Notes under the pieces: generated by a model
The model's input: only the letters and a program-made list of their open reading frames with translations
Databases searched by the model: none
What the model was told of the DNA's origin: nothing
Origin: Candidatus Saccharimonas sp.
GTDB taxonomy: Bacteria > Patescibacteriota > Saccharimonadia > Saccharimonadales > Saccharimonadaceae
Length of the DNA: 64,000 nt
Assembly: GCA_022736555.1 (NCBI GenBank)
Contig: DZCW01000002.1
Span: 25,070 to 89,069, forward strand
Direction of reading: 5' to 3'
Made by a program: the position numbers and the translations under genes
Shown here: in pieces, positions 1 to 8,831 of the stretch
Position numbering within the stretch: position 1 is the stretch's first letter
Layout of the letters: the number at the start of each line of letters is the position of its first letter

Positions 1-142
1 GCCGGAAAAAGGTCTACCGAAAATATTGATAGAGCCTGCGCCCAACCATTTTTTTATTAAGTCGATTTTATCGGTATCGTTCATTAGCCTGAGTATAGCT
101 AAACTGACGATTAACGGCAAGCTAACGGCAACGATCAAACCG

Positions 143-169
143 CTGGCACTCGTTGACATGGAGTGCTAG
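143..169 (+). promoter_or_regulatory. CIRCE operator (HrcA site) embedded in the hrcA promoter
   Basis: CTGGCACTC-N9-GAGTGCTAG inverted repeat, close to the CIRCE consensus TTAGCACTC-N9-GAGTGCTAA. The N9 spacer carries TTGACA (153-158). TATAAT lies at 177-182 and the ATG at 189. Confidence 0.8.
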
Positions 170-188
170 GCCAAGATATAATACTGGT

Positions 189-899
189 ATGACAGAACGT
201 CAGATTCAGATTTTGGCCGCCATTATCGAGCAGCATGCCGAGATAGCAGCTCCGATTGGTAGTGTTATGCTGGCCAAGCTTTTTAACGTTTCTAGCGCCA
301 CGATTCGTAGTGAAATGGCTAGGTTAGAGGAAATGGGTTTAATCGCTCAGCCTCATACTAGTGCTGGACGAATCCCAACCGATACTGGTTACCGTTTTTA
401 CGTCAACATGTTGAATAATATACCTGATAGCAACCTACTCCCTGAATTCGATCGCAGTGCGAGAGCGATTGAAGCCAGAGTTAATACTCACAGTAGTCAT
501 GCCGACAGGGCAATACGTAGCGCTGTTGATAGTTTAGTAGAACTAACTCATAATTTAGGCATAGCCACAATTGGTGACGAACTCTATATGAGTGGTATTG
601 GTAATTTGTTTTCTCAGCCCGAATTTGCCAGGGCAAATCATGCTCAATCGTTAGCTAGGTTACTAGATAATCTAGAGCCTTGGCTACGTGAGGCTGCGCC
701 AAACGAGCCATTGAATGTTTACATTGGGGCTGAAAACCCAATCGGTAAAACTAGCGGAGTCAGTCTAATTATTAGTCGTTTCCGTTCACCGTATAGTGAC
801 CGTAGCTATATTGGCGTTTTGGGCTCAACTAGACAAAGCTACGCCAAGGTAATGAAATTAGTGAAACACACAGGTGCGATGTTAGAGGAAATTTTATAA
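189..899 (+). CDS. hrcA: Heat-inducible transcription repressor HrcA (short form, 236 aa)
   Basis: N-terminal wHTH ...ATIRSEMARLEEMGLIAQPHTSAGRIPTDTGYRFYV. It sits upstream of grpE and has a CIRCE in front. The track start at 153 (TTG) lies inside the -35/CIRCE, so the ATG at 189 is preferred. Confidence 0.85.
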   Translation: MTERQIQILAAIIEQHAEIAAPIGSVMLAKLFNVSSATIRSEMARLEEMGLIAQPHTSAGRIPTDTGYRFYVNMLNNIPDSNLLPEFDRSARAIEARVNTHSSHADRAIRSAVDSLVELTHNLGIATIGDELYMSGIGNLFSQPEFARANHAQSLARLLDNLEPWLREAAPNEPLNVYIGAENPIGKTSGVSLIISRFRSPYSDRSYIGVLGSTRQSYAKVMKLVKHTGAMLEEIL

Positions 900-1171
900 T
901 GTCGGATAAGATGAAATTAGGTTTAAAACTTGGAGTTGCGGTAGTATTCTTTTTAGTTGGTTCTAATTTGGTAATATCTAGTTTTTATAAAGAAAGTCTT
1001 AATGCCTTTGGTTTAGTTGTGGGAGTTATTATGTTACTCATTACATACCCTCTTTGCTATTATTTTTATGCGAGGTATAAATCTAATTACCGAACATTAT
1101 CGGACGAAGAAATACTAAATCAAGCTAAAATTGGGTCAAAGTCACTAGGAGAATTAAATGACAAAAAGTAA
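899..1171 (+). CDS. Small two-TM membrane protein, unknown function
   Basis: 90-aa ORF with two hydrophobic helices. It has a TAATG overlap with the hrcA stop and a 14-nt overlap with the grpE start, which suggests translational coupling. Confidence 0.5.
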   Translation: MSDKMKLGLKLGVAVVFFLVGSNLVISSFYKESLNAFGLVVGVIMLLITYPLCYYFYARYKSNYRTLSDEEILNQAKIGSKSLGELNDKK

Positions 1172-1622
1172 AAAACAATTAGAACTGGAGCAGCAGGCTG
1201 TTGATTTAACGGCTGACTTACAACGCACGAGGGCTGATTTCGAAAATTATCGCAAACGTGTTGAGGCCGAGAAAATTATGTCTCGTGATGCTGGACGGAC
1301 GAGTGCTATTCTGAAGCTCTTGCCGGTTATCGATAACATAGAGCGGGCGATAACTTATGTCCCAGAAGATTTAAAGGACAATAAATGGGCGCAAAGTGTG
1401 ATTAGCCTTACTAAAAATCTCGAGAAATCACTCGAGGATTTGAATGTGAAGCGCATTGATGCTAAACCGGGAACTATATTTAACCCAGATCTACACGAAG
1501 CAATCCAATTAGATGAAGATGCCGAAGGTGATCAGGAAATCATTGCCGAGGAAATGCAAGCCGGCTATATATTAGATGGCCACGTAGCTCGTCATGCTAT
1601 GGTAAGAGTTACACGTCAATAG
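1158..1622 (+). CDS. grpE: Nucleotide exchange factor GrpE
   Basis: LQRTRADFENYRKRVEAEK and LLPVIDNIERA motifs typical of GrpE. Confidence 0.9.
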   Translation: MTKSKKQLELEQQAVDLTADLQRTRADFENYRKRVEAEKIMSRDAGRTSAILKLLPVIDNIERAITYVPEDLKDNKWAQSVISLTKNLEKSLEDLNVKRIDAKPGTIFNPDLHEAIQLDEDAEGDQEIIAEEMQAGYILDGHVARHAMVRVTRQ

Positions 1623-1696
1623 TGTGTTAAAATTAATAAATAATACTATAAATAGTAAATAAAAAGTATAAAGTATTTATTTAACGGAGAAATAAT

Positions 1697-2890
1697 ATGA
1701 CAGAGCAGTCATTGATACTTGTTGTCAATCCAGGAAGCACGAGCCGAAAATATGCCCTTTTTGCTGGTGGTGATAAATTAGCCAGTGTTAATTTTGAATT
1801 TGTGGATAATAAAGTTTTTTGTAAAGTCAGTTACGCTGATGGGCAACAGTCCAAGGATTATGATGATGCTGACTTGAGCGGCGTATCACGTTACGTTTTG
1901 CCACTATTACACGAATTTAAAGTAATCAACGAAAATGACAATATTGACGTTATTGGTATCAGGTTAGTTGCACCTAGTAAAATATTTGCCAAAGACGAAC
2001 TAGTTACTGACGAAATCGAACTAGCTCTCGAAGCAGTCGAGCAACGTGCTCCATTGCACGTTAAAACGGTCATGCAGGAAGTTAAACATCTAAGGGATTA
2101 TTTAGTCGGTACTCCGATTGTTATAATTTCCGACAGTGCATTTCATGCTTCGAAACCAGATTACGCTTGGCAATATGGCATCGACCTTGAATTAGCCGAG
2201 AGGATTGATGTCAAACGTTATGGTTATCACGGCATATCAGTTGGTTCGGTTGTGCGATATTTGGATGATCACAAGATATTATCACCAAAAACACTCGTTT
2301 GCCATTTAGGTGGTGGCTGCAGTATTACTGCTTTGAAAAACGGCAAGAGTATTGATAACACTATGGGATATACGCCGCTAGAAGGTGTTATGATGGCCTC
2401 ACGAAGTGGTAATATTGATGTCTCGGCGGCTTTGGCTATCAAACGAGAACTAAAATTATCCGATGATGATCTAGAAAAGTATTTAAATAAACAGAGCGGT
2501 TTACTGGGTGTCAGTGGCAGTTCTAGCGATATTAGACAATTAATAGCCAGCGAAGAACAGGGTGATGATAGGGCAAGGTTAGCATTGAGTCTGTTTGTGT
2601 ATCGAATCCAACAGGCGATAGGTCAGATGGCCGCTAGCCTAGGTGGTGCTGATTGTCTAATTTTTACAGCAACAGTTGGGGAGCGTTCTAGTATTATACG
2701 TAGCCGCATCCTAGAAAAACTTGATTATTTGGGATTTGTCTATGATCAGGATGTAAACAACAATACATTCGAGCCAACCGAAGCGGCTAATATAGCAGTA
2801 GCCTCCAGCAAGCCTGTGTTTGTTATTTCAACCGATGAAGCCGCTGAAATCGCCCGTCGTGCTGAACAATATATGGTCGACCATAATTAA
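1697..2890 (+). CDS. ackA: Acetate kinase
   Basis: LVVNPGSTSRKYALF N-terminus and HLGGGCSITALKNGKSIDNTMGYTPLEGVMMASRSGNID core. GGAG RBS upstream. Confidence 0.9.
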   Translation: MTEQSLILVVNPGSTSRKYALFAGGDKLASVNFEFVDNKVFCKVSYADGQQSKDYDDADLSGVSRYVLPLLHEFKVINENDNIDVIGIRLVAPSKIFAKDELVTDEIELALEAVEQRAPLHVKTVMQEVKHLRDYLVGTPIVIISDSAFHASKPDYAWQYGIDLELAERIDVKRYGYHGISVGSVVRYLDDHKILSPKTLVCHLGGGCSITALKNGKSIDNTMGYTPLEGVMMASRSGNIDVSAALAIKRELKLSDDDLEKYLNKQSGLLGVSGSSSDIRQLIASEEQGDDRARLALSLFVYRIQQAIGQMAASLGGADCLIFTATVGERSSIIRSRILEKLDYLGFVYDQDVNNNTFEPTEAANIAVASSKPVFVISTDEAAEIARRAEQYMVDHN

Positions 2891-2923
2891 AAATCACAAT
2901 CACCTCTTGTGTTAAATTTATTA

Positions 2924-2950
2924 TTAGCACTCTTGACATGAGAGTGCTAA
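2924..2950 (+). promoter_or_regulatory. Consensus CIRCE operator inside the dnaK promoter
   Basis: Exact TTAGCACTC-N9-GAGTGCTAA. The spacer contains TTGACA (2933-2938). TATAAT lies at 2957-2962 (18-nt spacer). Confidence 0.9.
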
Positions 2951-2969
2951 TTTATTTATAATGAATATA

Positions 2970-2996
2970 TTGGCAATCTACATACTAGAGTGCTAA
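2970..2996 (+). promoter_or_regulatory. Second, degenerate CIRCE-like operator downstream of the dnaK -10
   Basis: TTGGCAATC-N9-GAGTGCTAA. The right half is perfect and the left half matches 7/9. Confidence 0.45.
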
Positions 2997-3035
2997 AATT
3001 ATAAGTAATATAGATAAAAATTATAGGAGATATAA

Positions 3036-4922
3036 ATGGGTAAAATTATCGGAATCGACCTAGGTACCACGAATAGCGCCGTAGCTTATATGGTTGCTGG
3101 CAAGCCGGAAGTCATTGCAAACGCCGAAGGTAATCGCACAACACCTAGTGTTGTGGCTATTAACAAAAAAGGCGAGCGTCTAGTCGGCCAAGTGGCTGGT
3201 CGTCAGCGTGTTACTAATGCCAGTAATACGATTTATGGCGTAAAGCGCCTAATCGGTCGTAAGTTTAGCGATCAAGAAATCCAAAAAGACATTGATATTA
3301 TGCCATACGAAATCGTTAAAAAAGGCGATGGTGTAGCAGTTAAAATGGATGGTAAGGATTACTCACCAGAAGAAGTATCGGCTATGATTCTGTCAAAGCT
3401 AAAAGCCGATGCCGAAGCATTTCTTGGCGAAAAGGTAACTGAAGCGGTTATCACTGTCCCCGCCTACTTTAATGATTCTCAGCGCCAAGCAACTAAAGAT
3501 GCTGGTAAAATTGCTGGTCTAGAAGTAAAGCGCATCATTAATGAGCCAACCGCTGCTGCCCTAGCCTATGGCCTGGATAGTAAAAAAGAAGAAAAAATTG
3601 TTGTCTTTGATCTAGGTGGTGGTACATTTGACGTGTCCGTTCTAGAACTAGGTGATGGTGTTTTCGAAGTTAAATCAACCAACGGTGATACTCACCTCGG
3701 CGGTGAAGACTTTGATAATCGTATTGTTAATCACTTCTTGGACGTGTTTAAAAACAACGAAGGTATCGATCTAAAAGGCGATAAAGCAGCTATGCAGCGC
3801 CTCAAGGACGAAGCTGAAAAGGCTAAAAAAGAGCTTTCTTCAACTAACGAAACCGAAATTAATCTACCATTTCTAACAGCTGATGCCGAAGGTCCAAAAC
3901 ACTTCGAATATAAATTGACTCGATCAAAACTCGAGGAATTGGTTTCAGATTTAATTGATCGTGTAGCTGAACCTGTAGAAAAGGCACTTAAGGATGCCGG
4001 CCTAAAGGCTAGCGAGATTGATGAAATTGTATTGGTTGGTGGTATGACTCGTATGCCAGCAGTTGTTGAAAAAGTTAAATCAATTTTTGGCAAAGATCCA
4101 CTCAAAGGCGTGAACCCAGATGAAGTCGTAGCAATTGGTGCTGCTGTTCAGGGCGGTGTTCTGGCTGGTGATGTCAAAGATGTTCTATTGTTAGACGTGA
4201 CTCCCCTTTCATTGGGTATTGAAACTATGGGCGGCGTTGCAACTAAGTTAATCGAACGTAACACGACCGTCCCAACTTCGAAATCAGAAGTATTTAGTAC
4301 TGCTGCTGATAGTCAACCACAGGTTGAAATTCATGTAACCCAAGGTGAACGTGAACTAGCGGCTGATAACAAATCGCTAGGTAGATTTACGCTAGACGGT
4401 ATTGCTCCGGCTCCTCGTGGCGTGCCACAGATCGAAGTTACCTTTAATATTGATGCCAACGGTATCCTGAATGTAACAGCCAAGGATAAGGGTACTGGCA
4501 AAGAGCAAAGTATCACTATCTCGAATAGCGGCAACCTCAGTAAAGACGATATCGCCAAGGCACAAAAAGAAGCCGAAATGCATGCCGATGAGGACAAGAA
4601 AAAGCGTGAAGCGATTGATGCTCGTAACGGTCTAGAAAGTGCAATTTATCAGGCCGAGAAAATGCCAGATGAATTCAAAGACAAGATTAGTGACGAGGAT
4701 AAAAAAATCATCACCGATGCGGTTGCCGAAGCCAAGAAACATCAGTCAAGTAATGATGTTGAGGAATTAACCGCAGCAGGCAAAGCATTGAATGATGCAA
4801 TTATGCTAATCGGTGCCAAGATGTATGAAACTAAGTCCAAGGAATCTACACCAGACGACGAAGTTAAAAAAGACAGCGAACCAGTAGAAGGTGAAGTTGT
4901 CGACGACAAAGATAAAAAATAA
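3036..4922 (+). CDS. dnaK: Chaperone DnaK (Hsp70)
   Basis: [19 protein letters not shown] and [10 protein letters not shown] signatures. AGGAG RBS. Confidence 0.97.
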   Translation: MGKIIGIDLGTTNSAVAYMVAGKPEVIANAEGNRTTPSVVAINKKGERLVGQVAGRQRVTNASNTIYGVKRLIGRKFSDQEIQKDIDIMPYEIVKKGDGVAVKMDGKDYSPEEVSAMILSKLKADAEAFLGEKVTEAVITVPAYFNDSQRQATKDAGKIAGLEVKRIINEPTAAALAYGLDSKKEEKIVVFDLGGGTFDVSVLELGDGVFEVKSTNGDTHLGGEDFDNRIVNHFLDVFKNNEGIDLKGDKAAMQRLKDEAEKAKKELSSTNETEINLPFLTADAEGPKHFEYKLTRSKLEELVSDLIDRVAEPVEKALKDAGLKASEIDEIVLVGGMTRMPAVVEKVKSIFGKDPLKGVNPDEVVAIGAAVQGGVLAGDVKDVLLLDVTPLSLGIETMGGVATKLIERNTTVPTSKSEVFSTAADSQPQVEIHVTQGERELAADNKSLGRFTLDGIAPAPRGVPQIEVTFNIDANGILNVTAKDKGTGKEQSITISNSGNLSKDDIAKAQKEAEMHADEDKKKREAIDARNGLESAIYQAEKMPDEFKDKISDEDKKIITDAVAEAKKHQSSNDVEELTAAGKALNDAIMLIGAKMYETKSKESTPDDEVKKDSEPVEGEVVDDKDKK

Positions 4923-4956
4923 TAGCAAATTGTAACTAGAATTGCTTTTTAAAAAA

Positions 4957-4986
4957 AGATCGCCCTTAATACGGCGGTCTTTTTTC
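4957..4986 (+). terminator. Rho-independent terminator after dnaK
   Basis: AGATCGCC / GGCGGTCT stem (one G-U pair) followed by TTTTT. Confidence 0.6.
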
Positions 4987-5104
4987 ATTAATATAGCTAT
5001 TTTGATAATTATAGTATATAATATTGATTACTACACAGGTGGTGTTGTGTTGCACCTCATTACATCTTTGGCTTGACCCAATCCAAATTCTAGAAAAGGA
5101 GAGG

Positions 5105-5692
5105 ATGACCATGGCTTCGTTTATGCAGGAACTAAAGAAGGACTGGAAGGTGTCTCCTAACTTACTAACGGAGGTACGATTGATTTTTAGTCTTGCTCCC
5201 AGTTTGTTAATAATTGGTCTGGTTATACCGAATTCACCTTATCGTTTAGTAGTGGCTGCTGTAGTTTTCGCTATTGTTGCAGCTACGGATTTGCTCGACG
5301 GATGGTGGGCTAGAAAATTTAATATGGTAACCAGACTAGGTACTATATTAGATCCAGTTGTTGACAAGTTTCTAGTCGGCTTTACTCTCATTGCTTTGTC
5401 TGTCATTGACCCATGTGTAATATTTCCGACGGTAATTATACTGATCCGTGAGATTTACGTGGCGATTATGCAGGCTCATGCCAGAAAACTTAATCATGAC
5501 GTCAGTGTCATAACTAGCGGTAAAATTAAAATGGTCGCTCAATGTGTGGCTATTGCCCTATTGATACTACCGACATTTTATGACTGGCAAATGCAGATAA
5601 CCTGGCTAATTGTTGGTGTTGCTGTTAATTTAACTATCACATCTGGGTTGGACTATCGCAGGGTATTTGCAGAAGCAAAAAAGAGTAAGTAA
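5105..5692 (+). CDS. pgsA: CDP-alcohol phosphatidyltransferase (PgsA-like)
   Basis: DLLDGWWARKFNMVTRLGTILDPVVDK matches D-G-x2-A-R-x8-G-x3-D-x3-D. The ATG at 5105 follows AAAGGAGAGG, so the track start at 5024 is probably too long. Confidence 0.75.
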   Translation: MTMASFMQELKKDWKVSPNLLTEVRLIFSLAPSLLIIGLVIPNSPYRLVVAAVVFAIVAATDLLDGWWARKFNMVTRLGTILDPVVDKFLVGFTLIALSVIDPCVIFPTVIILIREIYVAIMQAHARKLNHDVSVITSGKIKMVAQCVAIALLILPTFYDWQMQITWLIVGVAVNLTITSGLDYRRVFAEAKKSK

Positions 5693-5699
5693 TGAGAAA

Positions 5700-5730
5700 G
5701 CGGCCGTGGCGTAATGCCCGGTCGCATTTT
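5700..5730 (+). terminator. Hairpin plus T-run after pgsA
   Basis: GCGGCCG ... CGGTCGC stem followed by ATTTT. Confidence 0.45.
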
Positions 5731-5749
5731 AATTTATGGATATTGACGG

Positions 5750-5776
5750 CTAGCACTCTTGCAATAAGAGTGCTAA
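5750..5776 (+). promoter_or_regulatory. CIRCE operator inside the dnaJ promoter
   Basis: CTAGCACTC-N9-GAGTGCTAA. The spacer contains TTGCAA (5759-5764). TACAAT lies at 5782-5787 and the ATG at 5796. Confidence 0.85.
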
Positions 5777-5795
5777 TTTATTACAATATTAACAG

Positions 5796-6890
5796 ATGAC
5801 AAAACGTGATTATTATGATGTCTTGGGTGTTGGCAAAAATGCCTCGGACGATGAAATTAAAAAAGCCTACCGCAAGGCCGCTGTTAAATATCATCCCGAC
5901 AAAGAGGGTGGCGATGAGACTAAGTTCAAAGAGGTTAGCGAGGCTTACGAAGTCTTAAAAGACGGTTCGAAACGTCAACGCTACGATCAATTCGGTCATG
6001 CTGGAGTCGGTGGTAATAGTGGTTCTGGTGCTGCCGGTAATCCTTTTGGCGGTTTTAACGGCCAGGATATTCATTTCGATTTTGGTAATGGCGGTTTTGG
6101 TGATATTTTTAATCAATTCTTTGGCGGTGCTGGCGGTAACAGACAGGGCCCAAGGCGGGGGCGTGATGTCGAAGTAACTTTGCAATTATCATTCGAAGAA
6201 GCTGTCTTTGGTGTAGAGGAAAAAATTAAACTAGAAATGGATGACGAATGTTCGCATTGTCATGGCACCACTGTCGAGCCAGGTTACGAAATGGTGACTT
6301 GTCCAACCTGTAAGGGTGCTGGTCAAGTTAATCGAGTTATGAACACGATATTTGGGCCTATCCAACAAGCGACAACTTGTGAAACCTGTGGTGGTCGTGG
6401 CAAGGTTCCAGAGAAAACCTGTACTGTTTGTCGTGGTAAGGGCGTAGAGCGCCGCGAGCGTTCGATTAGCCTAAAAGTCCCAGCTGGTATTGATGACGGG
6501 GCGACAATTCGTCTACGTGAGTATGGCGAGGCTACTAGCAATGGTCAAAAAGGTGATTTATATGTCAACATCAAGGTCAAAGCTCACAAGAAATTCACGC
6601 GTGAAGGCGATATTATTCTATCTGAACAACATATAGGTATGATTGATGCCGTGTTAGGCACTGAAATAGACATCGAGACAGTTGACGGCAAGGTCCGTAT
6701 GAAGATTCCGGCCGGTACTCAGTCTGGTACTGACTTTAAACTATCAAATCACGGTGTGCCGCACATGAAAAGCGATCGTCGTGGACCGCATATCGTTAAC
6801 ATGATTGTCGATACGCCAATTAAAATATCAAAACACCAACGTGAACTACTCGAAGAATTCAGAGACGGCAAAAAACACGGTATATTCTAG
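5796..6890 (+). CDS. dnaJ: Co-chaperone DnaJ
   Basis: J-domain with HPD (KYHPDKE), a G/F-rich linker, and four CxxCxGxG zinc-finger repeats. Confidence 0.95.
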   Translation: MTKRDYYDVLGVGKNASDDEIKKAYRKAAVKYHPDKEGGDETKFKEVSEAYEVLKDGSKRQRYDQFGHAGVGGNSGSGAAGNPFGGFNGQDIHFDFGNGGFGDIFNQFFGGAGGNRQGPRRGRDVEVTLQLSFEEAVFGVEEKIKLEMDDECSHCHGTTVEPGYEMVTCPTCKGAGQVNRVMNTIFGPIQQATTCETCGGRGKVPEKTCTVCRGKGVERRERSISLKVPAGIDDGATIRLREYGEATSNGQKGDLYVNIKVKAHKKFTREGDIILSEQHIGMIDAVLGTEIDIETVDGKVRMKIPAGTQSGTDFKLSNHGVPHMKSDRRGPHIVNMIVDTPIKISKHQRELLEEFRDGKKHGIF

Positions 6891-6894
6891 GTCT

Positions 6895-8268
6895 TTACGA
6901 TTCTAATTCAGTTAGGTCTTGGTCTGTAATACCCAATTGCTCTAGTATCCATAAATGTCTAGAATTAGTTGGGTCATATTTACCGACATTAAAGCGCAAC
7001 ATTTCTTCGGGGTTATTGCGAACCACATCCCAAATGCCTATATTGCCATTTCGATAAACGATATCTTTGGTAAAACATACCCCTGGCGTTTTACAGTCGG
7101 TACCTCGAAAAGTGCGAATCGAATGGTTCCAGGCTGATGTTTGAGCTTTTTCGTGGGCTTCGAGCAGATCTTTTTTTGATTTAAGATTCTTGAATAGATA
7201 ATATTTTTCTAATACGGTATAAACTTGTCTGAAATCGCGTGGTTGCCCATCAAGGCCTAGTGACAAACCTATGGCTAGTAGTCCATCTATTCCGCGGAAA
7301 TCGTCCATCTTGTTTGCTAGTGCTTGTTCGCGCATAGTAGCAATACCTTCTTCGCCAGCTTCGTATCTATCTAGCCCTAAGCCTAATAATTTTAAACTGC
7401 TTCTCTCGCCGTTTGTACGTCTGGCTACGTGAGTGCCGATCTCGTGTACTATCAAACCAGCTAATTTAGCCCGTGTTACTGTGCGGCTTTGGGGAATATT
7501 AACCTGCATCTGTTCTTGGTCGACACTAACGGCAGTTTTACTAGATTTTTCATCTATTTCGACTCTCCAGCTATTGTCACCGGTGCGACTGAGAGCTGTC
7601 TCGAAAGCTTCTTGTATCTGGCTGGCATCTAATTTGGTTGCTTCGGATGGTATATCTATTAGATCGCCTAACTCTTTTTCGGTTTGCTTATGGGCAAATC
7701 CAATAGTTTCCGCGTTCGGTAGTTCCGGGATCTCGGGCTGATCCATAACTGGTAGTGACTGTAGTAAATCTATGGCTGCTCGGCTAGTATCTGAATTGTC
7801 TGAGCCTGTAAATTGGTTGGCCTCGGATATTATTGAATTAACGGTGTAGGCGAAAACATCAGTTGATGGTTTACCATATATAAACTCCGAATATCGCTTA
7901 AATCGGCGCATGTCATTTGCGGCCGTCGATTTTAACATCCTGATTTCAGCGATTTTTTCATTTAACCGCCAACGGTAAGCCTGTCTAACTACTTCGTTTT
8001 GCTCATTTGAAATAATGTCTTGTTTCATAGATAGCAGAGCTGACTCTGTTTTATCTATCATTTCTGGGTTGATATCTGGATAATCTAATTGGGGGTTGGA
8101 TATTTCACCAGCTAAAAATTGACGTTTTTGTTCATTTCTGAAATCACGATCACCACTTAGGTATTCATATGCCTGTAGTGAGCCATTTTCCAAAAAAGCC
8201 CCGTATAAATGCTCGTCGTAAGCTGGTTGTTCGTTTATTTGATCTGTTGGTTTTATTGTTTCTGACAT
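6895..8268 (-). CDS. DUF1704 / MATCAP-like (QEGLA-motif) putative metallocarboxypeptidase
   Basis: HExxH (VHEIGTHVARR) followed by YEAGEEGIATMREQ (QEGLA-like). Transcribed divergently from the rimB/rimK pair. The ATG at 8268 is preferred because the track TTG start at 8301 lies in a TTGACA -35. Confidence 0.6.
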   Translation of the reverse strand: MSETIKPTDQINEQPAYDEHLYGAFLENGSLQAYEYLSGDRDFRNEQKRQFLAGEISNPQLDYPDINPEMIDKTESALLSMKQDIISNEQNEVVRQAYRWRLNEKIAEIRMLKSTAANDMRRFKRYSEFIYGKPSTDVFAYTVNSIISEANQFTGSDNSDTSRAAIDLLQSLPVMDQPEIPELPNAETIGFAHKQTEKELGDLIDIPSEATKLDASQIQEAFETALSRTGDNSWRVEIDEKSSKTAVSVDQEQMQVNIPQSRTVTRAKLAGLIVHEIGTHVARRTNGERSSLKLLGLGLDRYEAGEEGIATMREQALANKMDDFRGIDGLLAIGLSLGLDGQPRDFRQVYTVLEKYYLFKNLKSKKDLLEAHEKAQTSAWNHSIRTFRGTDCKTPGVCFTKDIVYRNGNIGIWDVVRNNPEEMLRFNVGKYDPTNSRHLWILEQLGITDQDLTELES

Positions 8269-8272
8269 AACA

Positions 8273-8301
8273 TTAATATAATAACACAATATCTTTGTCA
8301 A
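8273..8301 (-). promoter_or_regulatory. Putative sigma-70-type promoter of the MATCAP-like gene
   Basis: Minus strand reads TTGACA (8301-8296), a 17-nt spacer, TATTAA (8278-8273), then 4 nt and the ATG at 8268. Confidence 0.45.
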
Positions 8302-8372
8302 TTAAAACTATTGACTAAATTGACAAAAAGTTATAATATACTACAGATAATATTTACCTTAAGGTGGACGAT

Positions 8373-8831
8373 ATGAATAGTTACAAAGAAATATTCGGAA
8401 TCTTTGAACACGTTAGCATCCCTGAGCTTGCTATCGATAATGTACTAGCCAAAATAGATACCGGTGCTTATTCTGGTGCCTTGCACTGCTCAAAAATCAA
8501 AGAGGTTATTAGGTCTGATGGTAAAAAGGTCCTACGGTTTACGCCATCAGAAAACCATACTAACAAGATCGAGATTACAAAATACGCAAAATCAAACGTT
8601 CGTAGTTCGACGGGTCATCGCGTTAAACGCTATCTATTTGACACGAATATTGTTATAAAAGGTGTAGTATATCCAATACGAATCGGTTTGTCCGACAGGT
8701 CGGATATGAATCATGAAATATTAATTGGCCGCCGATTTTTAAGAGAAAATAATATCATTGTCGATGTACGAATTAACCAAGAATTTGACACCGATGGGGA
8801 GAAAAAAAATGAAGATAGCAATCTTATCTAA
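8373..8831 (+). CDS. RimB-like retropepsin-fold protease (COG4067, 'ATP-dependent zinc protease' family)
   Basis: AKIDTGAYSGALH (D-T-G-A) and ILIGRRFL motifs. Overlaps rimK by 23 nt. AAGGTGG RBS before the ATG at 8373. Confidence 0.6.
   Translation: MNSYKEIFGIFEHVSIPELAIDNVLAKIDTGAYSGALHCSKIKEVIRSDGKKVLRFTPSENHTNKIEITKYAKSNVRSSTGHRVKRYLFDTNIVIKGVVYPIRIGLSDRSDMNHEILIGRRFLRENNIIVDVRINQEFDTDGEKKNEDSNLI

Noticed and set aside
153-188. Longer HrcA starting at the TTG at 153, and the analogous long starts at 5024 (pgsA), 8301 (MATCAP-like), 8758 (rimK), 38003 and 38347
   Set aside because: The upstream extensions overlap promoter or CIRCE elements or the preceding gene and add non-conserved residues. 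Internal ATGs with proper RBS or promoter spacing match the conserved N-termini.
3731-4597. Antisense ORFs inside dnaK. Similar shadow ORFs lie inside rny (27946-28413), murA (45171-45743), recA (18606-18848), xfp and pilB, among others.
   Set aside because: All lie opposite strongly supported conserved genes. They are Ser/Arg/Leu-rich low-complexity translations with no RBS, which is typical of antisense shadow ORFs.
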